This document shows, piece after piece, positions 52,155 to 64,000 of a stretch of 64,000 nucleotides of DNA. How positions within the stretch are numbered: the first letter of the stretch is position 1; every line of letters starts with the position of its first letter. A program made the position numbers and the translations under genes. The notes under the pieces were generated by a model. It was not told where the DNA came from, ran no database searches, and saw only the letters and a list, made by a program, of their open reading frames with translations. Source of the stretch: Lingula anatina (taxonomy: Eukaryota > Animalia > Brachiopoda); the NCBI GenBank assembly GCA_051362555.1, contig CM120640.1:64582788-64646787 (forward strand), written 5' to 3'.

Positions 52155-55100
52155 ATGGCTGATCCGGTGGTTCTTGGCGGCTGGATCAGTTTTGCCTGTG
52201 TTGTGTTGGTAAGAATCGTTTCTCTTAAGATATGATTATAACACATATGTTTATGTAGCAATGTTCTGTAGATTATCAGAATTTTAAGATATATCCGCAG
52301 AATTTAAGAAAGTTGTCTTGTGATATAATATTGTGTTTGACACCAACTACAGCAGCCACTAGCAGCTCTTACTATTTTTAGCACAATTCTGAAATATTGA
52401 AGAATGCTCAGTGTTTTTGTTTATTGTAGAAAAGCGTTTTAAGTCCAGTTTTAAGATGATGCAAGTGCGCCTGTTTGACAAAGGACAATGTTGTAATGCA
52501 CACTATAAAGTAAAATGAATCATTAATACATTATGATAAAATATTTTGTATAAAAATTAATGTCTTGGATAATAAAACCCACTTTCAATATCATTCCAGC
52601 TGACTCTCATATTCTCAGCACTTTATATTAGACTTCACAGAAGTAAAACAGACAGTGAGCGGAGCTCTACAATTACTTCAGTGCTAGCTGTAGCAGTGGC
52701 ATTGTTGACCTCTGCCTTAGTGCCCGTAGACATATTTCTGGTAGCTTTTATGAAAGATCCAGATGGAAAATTCAAGGTAATTTCGTTTCTGATAATCAAA
52801 GGAATCTTGCGTCTGTTTCATTTTCAGTAGGTAGCTTTATTTTCAGTGGAATGGGGTGGTAAGGCTTATTCTAAATACTCAAAGTTTTCTGATAAAAATG
52901 CAAGTTGTTTGTGATCTTTAGTTATTAATTTTTATATTACCTTTATGGTTGACATCTTGTAAAATCACTGTTTTTTTATAAGACATGTTATAAGTCAAGA
53001 CTACAGAAAAATGAGAGTACATTTGTAAGTGTTGTTGTAGGAGTGGGCAGAGTCCAATGTTACCAGGCAGGAAGTGGAGACATCAGTACTATACACCTAT
53101 TATAGTGAGTGTATTCATTTAGTATTGGTTCATATGATCTATAGGTGATAAAATGTATAAAATGTATCAAGATACAATAACAAATATATTATGAAGAATA
53201 ATTATTATTTATAACATTTTAGTATTATCCAGATCATTAGAATATTTCATTTATTTTCAGCCATGTATGCACTGATCACATTCTTCCTGTTCTTTGCCCT
53301 ACCATTTGTATATTTTTACTATGAAGAGAAAGAAGATGAGAATCCCGGTAAAAAGGTAAATAAAACCGTAAAAAATGTATTATTTCTAAAGATGCACTGT
53401 GTTTACAGAAGAGATCTCCAGTTTCAAAATTAAACAACGAATTTGAGTTGTATCCCTGTAAGAACTATGGATTGTGCTGTTATTGGGGTTAAAGTGATTT
53501 TGTATGATTTTGGTGTTATAACTCCCAGAAAGTCTAATATTTATTACCAACCTCACTCTTGTGGATCATTTTGATGTTTTGTTTTACTTTTCAAATGGGA
53601 AAATAAATTTTCAGCGTTTCTGCTCTGCATTCCTGTACACTTTGGTGTTCCTGTTCATAGCAGGAGTGCTGTTGCTAGTTGGGTAAGTTATGATTTTTAT
53701 ATTAAAATTTTAATTAGAAAAATTAGAACAAAAAACTGTCATGAACTACCTGTTTGAATATAACACAGTTGGTGGAACTGACAGGGCAATATAGCAGAAG
53801 CCAGTATCACTGAATCTTTGGTGGGTGCCTAGTTGTGAAAGGTTTTTGATGTAAATTCAGAAAATGTTTCTTTTTATCCCCACAATACTTGGGTCCACTT
53901 TATCTTGAAAAAAGATATCTTTTCTAGAGCTTTTGCTCCAGTGAAGACTGCACCTGATGCCAATCTGACAGAATGGAAACGGTTGGAGTTCCTATTCAAG
54001 GATTTAGCAACAAACGGTAGGTTTTAATATCAAGGTAGCAAGTTATTAACTTACTAGGTGACACCAAAATGCCAGATGATAAATATACATACATGTTTTG
54101 ATATACTTTTGCCTCTCAACAATCAATGAGAATTCTGGTCATATTTGATGTAGCATCAGAATTGTTAGTGACTGTACTAATTAGGTTTGTTTTCCCGAAG
54201 ATAAATATGTTGAAAGCAGCATGATCAACTAAACCTCCATTTGTCAACACAAATGTAAATTTAAATCGTTTGTGTTTATTAGGTAGGGAAAAAAAAACTA
54301 ATAGTCTTGTATTATTTCAGATGGAGAAGATGCCTTGTCATTTCTCATCTGTTCACTGACACTGATTGGTCTGCTTGGACTCATGATATACACTGTGAGT
54401 TTTGAAAAAATATTCTTAGATGTAAAACTTATGAAAACCCATGCATAAAAGGCAATTCAATTATTTGATATTCAGGACTTTTTGAAACTTTTAATGATAT
54501 TTGTTTGAGAACATTTTTCAATGATGAAATTTTATTTGCAGATGATATAGAAAAAAGTCTAGAATAATTTGATCTTAAATATGTCTTTGTAGGCTTATGG
54601 TATGACAGCCTGGCCAGTGAACCTCATCCGAGGGACCCGTGGGGCTAGTACTGAGCTGTCAGAGGTTTCAATGAATAGGGCAAGAAGGAGTGATCAAATT
54701 GAAGCTATAAGAAACAAGGTACAGTCAGCATCCCCTTACAGTAGCATGGTTTTTATATACGTGATGCATACTGCTTGTATAAGTTTTAATAATACTTATT
54801 TAACATGTAAATCTTATTTTTTTGGTCTTTTTAGCAAGGATATAGTGGGGTTTAATGTATTTTTGATTTTTGTTTTTTCTTTTCAGTATGGTGCAGGTCG
54901 CCGCATTTCTGCTAGGGACAGGCGTCAGATAGAATCTCTTGAAGATGAGGAGCACCTGCTGGAAAGACAAGAGCGCCATCTGCAGGCAGAGGCCAACAAC
55001 TGTTGTAGCAAATGCCTTAAGATTCTCCGCCCACTGGAGATGATTGCAGGAATTGTATTCTTTTTGGTGGCATTGTTGATTTTCCTGTCTCTGCTGCTCA

Positions 55101-57508
55101 CTAAGTAAGTATTCAGACAGCCTTTGGTCAATTAATTCTTTGTAAAAGTGATATTTTTCTTGGTTTTTACATTCTCAGCAATAACATTTGAGTGTCTAAG
55201 AGTTTTTAAAAGTCGTGCAAAGATGAAAGCAATGCTGACTCTTTCATTTATACCTTTATGCAAATTAAAATTCACCTAAGTAACTTTTCAGTTTTTTTTG
55301 TTTGTTATTGTTGAGCTTTTATAGTGTACAATTTAACACTTCCCTATTTGTAGCATAGACAAAGCAATGCATTCCTATGGGTGGAGAATGGGATATGCAC
55401 TGCCACACAGAACGTTACCAAACCCACTGGATATTGTACTGGTCTTTTCACAGCAGGTTTGTACATATGAATACAAAAGTGACATAATTAGCTATTTACT
55501 GATCAAAAGGTATTAGTAGTTCAGTGCTTGCCTCTAGTAAAGGAATTTTTTATACTTCTGCATAAAGCCAGAAATAAAATGCAATTCATTTTCAAATATG
55601 TCTGAGCACTCATCTATAGGGGCTGTAGCAGGGTAAATGAGATCAGGTATTATATTACACTTTTTGTTTTCTATTCAGGTTTTCCCACTAGATTACATTT
55701 TGATGGCAGGTGTCATTATGTACTTTTTCTTCTGCTCTATGGCTGGAATTCACGATATTGGAATCTGGTTCTTCTGGATAAAGGTGTGCTTGCTTTGCTT
55801 GAAAAATGATTTTAGTTGTGTGTAGTAGACATGATTATTTTGAAGTTTGTTTTGCTGAGGTTGCAAAAATATGTTAATTGCAATATTTGCTGTCATAGGG
55901 CCAGACAGACAACTCTGATTATCTCAAAGTTATGTCAAATATAATTGATGAAACTGTCTGTGAAATTAACTTCGCAGTTGCAATCTACTTTTTTGTTTGT
56001 TGGTTGGTTTTTCAGATGTACAAGATTCGGCCTAGAAAAACCAGACCCCAGGGTCTTCTCATGATGTGTTTTCTATTGATGTTGATTGTGTTGGCTACCA
56101 ATGTGATCATATATGAGCTGACACCACAGTACTCAATGTATGGCAGCCAGCATTATGTGGTGAGTAATATGGTGGAGATTTGGTTTATTATGTCATACAT
56201 ACTGTTAGTTTTAATGATCAGAGTTGGGAAAAAAACCATACCATTGGGTTTATATATACTACCCTACCTGCATCTCAAACATAAAAGTTTCAGAGTTTAA
56301 ATCAATTAAATGAATGTATCAGATACAAAAAGAATGTAAGTTGTGGTTTTTATCTTTTCTTAATTTGTTCCAGGCAAATTCTACCAAGGTCACTATGTGC
56401 AGTACCAGTGCACCTGAAGGTATGTCTATCACTTTAACTGAACATGTATCAGGTGTGAAATTAAGAACTCTGAGGAAGTAAAACAATTATATGCTGTTGT
56501 ATAGGGTGTATTGTGCTTATTGTTTCAGTTTACTGTTCATATACGTTGATTTATTTTGTGCATGCTTTTAAATTAGTAATAATGTTTGTTTTCACATATT
56601 CAAAAAATAAATCTTATAAACAGGAATATATTTTGGACACATCAAAAGAAAGATGTTTGGTCATTTTGTTTGTTTAGTATTGTATAACCTTTTTTATTAC
56701 CAGGTGACTGTGTGATGACAAGGTTCACCACATTGTTGACCAGATTCTTCTACAAGGTCTGGTTCTTTGGAGCCTGCTACTACTGGGCAGGATGGGTGTT
56801 CCTAGCTGTAAGTCATGTTAACTTTTTGTCATTACATGTATTTTTATTTCACATGGGATAAATGTCTGCCCATCCATTATGCTTTCATTGAGCTGGAGGT
56901 TCTGAATTTTTTAGATATTTTGAATTAATGATAACTAATTGGTTGTACAACAGGGTTTCAAGCACTATGCCTTCTTTATGCTATTTAGTACATAAGTTCT
57001 TCTGAATAATGTGTCAAGGTATTGCTTCATTCCAACAAGCTGATCAACAGCTTCTGCACAGGAGCAGACAGTTTGTACCAACCTTGTTAAAAACGGGGAA
57101 AAAGTCATCTCATTTATTTTCAAATATCCAAGAAACCCATTTCATGCACATTTGAAGTTTACATTTGAATAGTTTGTTGGAGATACACATTATTTTGATG
57201 TAGTTAGTTGATTGATTATTTACTGTGGAGCATAAACATATCTTTTCTTTTTCTCATAAGTTTCATTCCTTGTTAACAGACTTGTGGCTTATTTTAGGCA
57301 CCATTTGTTTGAGGTGTGACTTTAATGAAAATAATTTGTTCTACTTAGATGTTTCATTCTTTTAAAATCTTTTCTTCATACATTAATTTTGTTACAGGTG
57401 ATACCGCTGTCATTTGTGATCTCCTTGTGCAGAAGAAGGAAATCTTCCATCAATGGGCAGGTTGAGGAGGATGACTTTGATAGTGATGAAGAACTCTTGT
57501 CAGCCTGA
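52155..57508 (+). CDS. LMBRD1: Lysosomal cobalamin transport escort protein LMBD1, 525 aa
   Basis: Exons 52155-52208, 52600-52776, 53041-53104, 53261-53355, 53615-53682, 53928-54016, 54321-54394, 54593-54718, 54887-55104, 55354-55456, 55679-55783, 56016-56159, 56374-56419, 56704-56807, 57398-57508 (1578 nt). Motifs SALVPVDIFLV, LPFVYFYYEEK, YTAYGMTAWPVNLIRG, LPNPLD, VFPLDY, YKIRPRKTRPQGLL, PQYSMYGSQHY, FFYKVWFFG; acidic dileucine tail DSDEELLSA. Confidence 0.95.
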
Positions 57509-60500
57509 GATCAAATTAAAAGAGGAAAACGCTTTCTTCTAACAACATTTAAAACAGTTTATCTGTTTATTTTCTAAAATCATCTCATGCTTCATTATTG
57601 TTGGTGGCCAATCTTGAAGTCAAGGTCAGCAGTCTGGAATATTTGTTCAATTTCTTACAGATTTCTTACTGAATACACTTTGCTCACATTTGATCTGAAA
57701 AATTCCAGTAATTGGTCATGCTTTCACACTCTCACAGACATTCTCATGATGAAATTTTCCATTCTTTCACTTCGTGTTACATATTAGTGCAAATGCATAA
57801 TAGTATGTATTTTGGTCTTCTTATTGACAAATTTTTGATGCCACAGCCTCATTTTAATTCACAGACAGCCACAGTGGAGAATGACATTTTGTAGATATTT
57901 AAGGCAGGTCCTGTTGTGTGGTGTGCAGTTATCGTCCAGACAGCTGGGGTACTGTAGATTGGACGTTGTAGTAGATAATAACATTGATAAGGTTTATGGA
58001 ATACAGAATACACTGATGCTGTAGAAAAGAGGATTACAAAAATCAGGTTCTCTGCCAAGTTGCTATCTTACCAATACTGCAAAATTTCACCCATTTTCAA
58101 CATTTCGATCTGTTCAGGTGGGAATTATGTTTCCAAAATGATATTGTGCTTGAAAATTATCATTCTGTCGTGAATAGCTGTAAATCATAGTACATGGCTT
58201 TGTGTTCAATGTCATATCATCTGACACATTACATGAGACTTCTGGGGCACCCCTGTCAAGTTCCTGAGGTAGTTTACTCCTGACACCACTGTTATATGTA
58301 GTCTTTAGACTTGTAGATCGAGGTTACATGAAGTTAAAGATCTAGAGGTTAATACAGATGTAAGTATTATGTTCAAGTATTATGGGCTATTTAATGATAT
58401 GCTTTGGGGTGTTGGTATCTGTCTGTAAGATGTATCTATTTATTATCTCGTACACCAAAGTATTTCACTCACTGTCAATCATTTATAACTTTTTATGAAA
58501 AAATTAATGTTAGTTTGTTAATAGAAATTGTAGAGATCTTGTTTAAGTGAACAAAATTATGAAAGATTGTAATGCATGTAGTTTCTGTACATTCCACTCA
58601 AATATATGGTTTAAGTGAACCTAATTTAGACGTTATTAGAAGCAAGTTTTTTACTTGAATTGCAGTGTTAAAATTGGAGGATTTTTACTCAACATCTGGT
58701 TTAATTGAAATCTTTCACTTATACTCGGTCTTCATTGTGGCATTCAGAGATGTCATTCTCATATTTTCCTGACCCTAGTACTATATATATATATGCCAAC
58801 GTTTTAACACGGATGTGCAATGGTTTAAAATTCAAATGTTGAAATAAAAAGAATGACTCCATTTATTATCATAATGAATTTAATGAGGAATCTGTTTTTC
58901 ATTCATTGGAAAAGAACTTTTCAGTATCATAAAATGTATCAAAAAGATACTACAAACCAATATATTACCCAAAAACCAGATTTTAAACAAATTGAGGACA
59001 TTTTAGAGAATAATAGCAGAGGAGCCCTACAAATTCTTTCATCATAAAAGGTCTCAATGATTTTTGCATACAATCTAACATTTCTTTCACTCATGTTAAA
59101 ATCATTATGACACACACATACAAAATAAATTTATTAATAACAATGATTTGTCATCAAGGATGAAGGAGTCCACATTACTTGTAATTCTTAGACTTGACTT
59201 CAAGCAAGTCCATTATAAATCTATCAATAAATCAACAAATAACAATAAGCTTTTTCTCACTTTAAAAATATCAATGTGGTCTCCTCCATTTTCCTTGCAA
59301 TGATTAATAAATAGAACAAGAGCTTAAGATATTGTCCTCTAGCAATATGTACAAGGCTGAAGAAACAACATCCTTTTCTATTTAATGCAATTTTGACAAA
59401 AGAAACCTTACCAAAGGTAACCTCACTTTTGACAGACATTTTAAATGAAGCCCCAAAAAGTATGCCCTAATTCTTTTAAATCAAGGATGCACCGAGTATC
59501 TCTTTCAACCTTGTACACCTAAATGTGTATAATTTTTGTGTCACCCTAAACATTTTACTACATGAACCTTGAATTTTATTTAACCATGACTATTATTTAA
59601 CTTTTTGATCACCCTTGGTTCATAAAAACACCATCTGATAGTAATGGATCATAACTTAAGCTTTCATACTTTATCATGATAAAATGTTAAATGTTCATGT
59701 AGAAATATTGGCTAGGACTTGAAACTTGATATAATATTAACAAATACACTTACGCACAGTTCACCCCACAATTTACAAGGTTTTAGGTTGTCTCATTCAT
59801 ACACCATTCACTCAGTCTCAGATTACCAAGAACCATGCCAGAAAACCTTAATCTGCACTGGGGTCCAATAATAACAATGTGGATTAATGAGGTGCCAGCA
59901 CATACATATAGCAATAATCATTTAAATGGTGACCAAAAAAAAAAAAAAAAAAAGATTATCTTTGTAGTGCAATTATGTGTTAAGGTTTCTGGCAGGTCTT
60001 GTTTGACTAGTGGAAAATATTTCAATGCACTGCATTGCAGAATTTAACATTACTTGAAAGTGCAATTTTTAATCCATTAAAAATTTGGATTTTTTTTTTA
60101 ACTCACCAAAACATCTTGCAGTTCCAACCTATAACCTTGTCATCACAGTAGAAATATGTTATTAAGGCATAACAGCCAGATACAATATTATTTACAAATA
60201 CAATTATTTACAATATCAATTTTCACTTAGAAAAGATATTCATGCTTCTGCCATACACACCGTCACACTTCCAGTTAAATGTTTCTCCCTTAATCATCCA
60301 GAATATTGATTCTACATGAGACGTACAGAATGCTTACTTTGATCAACTAAATTGCACAAGTAAATCTGCTGTTTCCTGAAATAGTATCAACTGTTAAATA
60401 CATAAATTTCTCAAATAAATTTATAGTAAACTAAGTACACTTAGGAAGATGTAATTTGAGGGGAATTTTGATTGCATTTTACATTTAATAATTTTCAAAT

Positions 60501-61118
60501 TCTTTACAATATCTTCAACATGCAGTACCCACCATATCAAATCAAATAAAAACAAGGCAGCAAAGCTGTCAAATGTACAGACAAAAAACAGAAAATAAAG
60601 ATGCAAAAAAGGTCATTTTGTCAATTTTGATGCAATAATAAATAATGCTTATAATAGCACTGTCAGTCAACACTGAATTTTAATCTTGCACAACAGGTAA
60701 CATGGTCAATAACAGGAGCGGACCCAGAGATATTTTCTGACAGTATTACAAAGTATCTATGTTGATCCATCCTCCATTTTGATGGTCTTCCAACAGAAAA
60801 AATAGATACCAGTCAATATAAACTTAATAACCTGACTGTCTTCCGGAAGACCCAGAAGATGGTCTCAATCCACCCCTTCAATAAGATTACAGTTTCAGGA
60901 CCATGAGAGTTCAAATTCACATTATGAAAGTCTCAATATTTGAAAAATGATGACAGTGCATAAAATAATATTACATCATGTTTAAAAACATAAAAAACAA
61001 TACAACTGCTTATGTAGAAATACAGAAAATGTGCAGAGCCCCAGGCAGATGAGAGCCTGCCTGGGGCTAAAAGTCACAAATGCAAGTGTTTGAGAAAAAA
61101 TTATAAAGGAAAACAACA

Positions 61119-61355
61119 AAACTAGAAAAGCACTTTGAGAGTGCAGACCTCTGCCAAGGCAGCAATTGTTGATTATATTGATAATTGATTGATTATTGAT
61201 CCGGACCACCACCAAAAATTAATCATTGTCCTCTTTGGCCCACTTCCGACAGTTCCTGAAAATTTCTGCAAAATCAGTCCATAACTTTTTGTGTTATGTG
61301 GATGACAGACAAACAGGGGTGAAAATATAACCTCCTTGGCAGAGCTTGAGGTAAA
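61119..61355 (-). mobile_element. Short non-autonomous Helitron/Helentron (HINE) element nested in the larger one
   Basis: The minus strand starts ttacctc..ctctgccaaggaggttatattttcacccctgtttgtctgtc and ends gccttggcagaggtctgcactctcaaagtgcttttctagtt: subterminal inverted repeat, GTTT/GTCT microsatellite and 3' hairpin plus CTAGTT. Confidence 0.75.
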
Positions 61356-61402
61356 TATAATTCCAATGAAGCTGCTATTCAAACTTTTAATCTTCCAGTT
61401 TG

Positions 61403-61428
<26 letters not shown>
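61403..61428. repeat. (AT)n microsatellite
   Basis: About 13 AT units. Confidence 0.9.
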
Positions 61429-61433
<5 letters not shown>

Positions 61434-64000
61434 TTATTTGCAATATTAAACAAAATTTACCTGCATAATTATCACTGCTTCCTTATTATTAATCTAGCAA
61501 AGAGCTTTACCTTTGGGAGTTTACAGGGAAATATCAACAAGTGTGCTTTACGTAATCTCATTTAATGGCCTATTAAAGCAAATGACTTTATAACTCTGAA
61601 ATTAATCTAGTGATACCCAAGGGTAATTTACAGACTGACCCACTCAAAGGTCTTCAGGCCCATAAGTCACACCTTAAGAAAAGCACAAAACCATAATGCC
61701 CAAAATAGGAGACTACCAATCCTGATGCAATAATACATTATGTTTAACTGCACAGTCAACATCAACTTATGCACAACAGGTAACACAGACGAAAGTAAAA
61801 GCATAAGGCTTCAGGCCCATCAGAGTTCAAGTTTATACTTAGAAAGTGCCAGAATGAGAAAAATGAAAATTTCACAAAAAATGCATAAATACAATAAACA
61901 TGATAATCCGATAGAGCTGGTTTTCTCATGAGCTGAAGGCCAATCCTAAAAATCGTACTTGTAAGTTTAAAATTATAATAAGTAGCACAGTTTTCTTTTC
62001 ATAATGTTTGCAGTAGCAGTGCAAAAAGATTGTCAATTTTGATGTAACATTACATAATAAATTAGAGAATAATTATCACCAATTTTTGTTTATTGACTAT
62101 AAATAGGATGGACATGTAGAAAATATGATTACCATTTGGCTTCATGTCCATGGGAGCTCCGAGTCCCATAATGAATATGCCAAAAAAGATAATGAATATA
62201 ACACTAAAATGTATAACTTCCAGAAAAAGAAGCCAATTAGACTGCTTTTCTAACTCAGGCTGCATTTTAGTCCTGTGTTTCTTTTTTGAAAGTTTGACAG
62301 TCATAAGTAACACGGTTTTTCCATAATGATCATCAAGGCAGCAGCACCAAAAATTGTGTTTTCTGCTATTTTGATGCAACATTACATAATGCTTAACAGC
62401 ATAATGACCATCGATTTTTTAATAATAAAATATAAGTGTCATGGATTTTCACAAAATGTGACTAGCACGGGTCTTCAAGCCCGTGGAGGTTCTAAGTCGC
62501 ACCTTGGAAATGCCAATATGTGAAAAATTAAATTTTCACAAAAAACTGTTTAATTGCCAGAAAAAATTACCAAACAGTATGCATTGCCAACTGAAGCTGT
62601 ATTTTAGACCCATGTTTCTTTCCTGTAAGTTTGAGAACAGTAATTGACATGATTTTTGTTAAATGGTCATCATGGGAGCAGTGCCCAAAATAGGGGTTTC
62701 TTCAAATTTTGATGCAACATTACATAATGTTTAACAGCATAATGACCATCAATTTTTAATTATAAAATATTAGTATCACGGATATTCAGGAAATGTGACA
62801 AGCAAAGGTCTTCAGGATCATGGAACTTCAAAGTCACACCTTGAAAATGCCAATAAGTGAAAAATTAAATTTTCACAAAAAACTGTTTAATTGCCAGAAA
62901 AATTTACCAAACAGACTGCATTGCCTACTGGAGCTGTATTTTAGTCCCATGTTTCTTTCCTGTAAGTTTGAGAATAGTAAGTGACATGATTTTCCTTAAA
63001 TGGTCATCATGGGAGCAGTGCCCAAAATAGGGGTTTCTTCAAAATTTCATGCAATATTACATAATGTTTTACAGCATAATGACCATCAATTTTTAATTAT
63101 AAAATATTAGTATCATGGTTATTCAGAAAATGTGACTAGCAAAAGCCTTCAGGCCCATGGAACTTCAAAGTCACATATTGAAAATGCCAAAATGTAAACA
63201 ATACAGCACTGTTCTGAAATGGGTTTATTTCCATTTTTAACACTTTTTAAACATAAAACAAAATAAACAGTTTACTGCCATTTTTATATGACCAATGAAG
63301 AAAATTGATGAGATGGGAAAAGTATCAACAGAACAGTTTTAAATGCCCAACTTCCTCCATTCTGAGATTCTGAACATAGTGGATGAATGCATCTGACAAA
63401 CTGCAATGATATGAGTTTATTTCCATTTTTGACACTTTATTACACAATACATGATAACAAGTTTACCATCATTTTTACAAAATCAACTAACAATGTTGTA
63501 AAGATGCAGGAAATGCCAAACAAACACATTTACGTATCTTATTAGTTCAATAATGAGACTGTTAACATGCCTAAGAATTGAATGTGAGGAAATGTGAAAA
63601 AACAGCATTACCTTTTAAAATAATGGACTGATTATGCTGATTTTCAAACTCAACCTGCGTTTTAGTAAGATTGGCCCCTCCTGTGAGTATAATGACAATT
63701 GGCCAATCTGTTTTTCTTATATTGTGTTATCAGTGTTGCATATATACTGAAAAAAGTGAAAAAAAAAACAGCATAAATTCCCTATAAGTGACCCGATCGT
63801 GCTGATTTTCGAATTTGACCTGCGAATTATGAATATTTATCAGTTCTGTAAGTTTCAAGCCAAAGGGTAAAACAGCTCTTCATTTATTGTGTTATCAGTG
63901 TTGCAAAAATGCTGAAAAAAAGTGAAAAAATAGCCTAAATTCACTAAAAATGACCCAATCATGCTGATTTTCGAACTTGACCTGCGTATTATGAATATTC

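Larger units (their letters stand above)
60550..64000 (-). mobile_element. Longer inverted copy of the HINE family at 25140-27149, running off the window end
   Basis: 3' end aaacaaggcagcaaagctgtcaaatgtacagac at ~60550-60582 is the reverse complement of the 27149 end. 337-bp units are anchored at 62504, 62841 and 63178; a shared middle segment spans ~63190-63590; 161-bp-family units run from ~63590 to the end; more diverged units lie at ~61640-62330. Whether 60610-61640 all belongs to this element is uncertain. Confidence 0.75.

Noticed and set aside
58266-58276. TGAGGTAGT resembling the let-7 5' end
   Set aside because: Only 9 nt match, the rest of mature let-7 is absent and no convincing precursor hairpin is visible.
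58850-62523. Short ORFs in the right-hand region
   Set aside because: All lie in AT-rich intergenic or repeat DNA, with no recognisable domains or consistent exon chains.

Overview
AT-rich, intron-rich metazoan genomic DNA. The gene structures and the HINE/MITE repertoire suggest a mollusc or other spiralian (inference); it is not prokaryotic. Hand-assembled GT-AG gene models, in order: 3' part of an STK32/YANK kinase (+, 1631-5771); a complete 23-coding-exon bifunctional PAM (+, 12983-33469, ~1165 aa) with an unusually long Gly/Tyr/acidic PHM-PAL linker and an S/T/P stalk; an unrecognised 3-exon ~813-aa gene (+, 36944-40986) with a possibly degenerate dynamin-like region, a helical region and a tail of ~11 RGPSPR-type ~23-aa repeats; intronless MRPS18A (-) head-to-head with POFUT1 (+); and PRIM2 (-) head-to-head with LMBRD1 (+). 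Introns and the right end carry MITEs (Harbinger-like, Kolobok-like, and a family with 8-bp TSDs), nested Helentron-type (HINE) elements with 161-bp and ~337-bp internal tandem arrays, a hAT-like remnant and microsatellites. The best leads are the orphan gene, a candidate intronic-polyadenylation membrane-anchored PHM-only isoform of PAM, a perfect RFX X-box and a possible antisense spliced unit inside PAM introns, and a POFUT1 lacking the usual KDEL-like tail. Coordinates were read by eye and no database searches were run.
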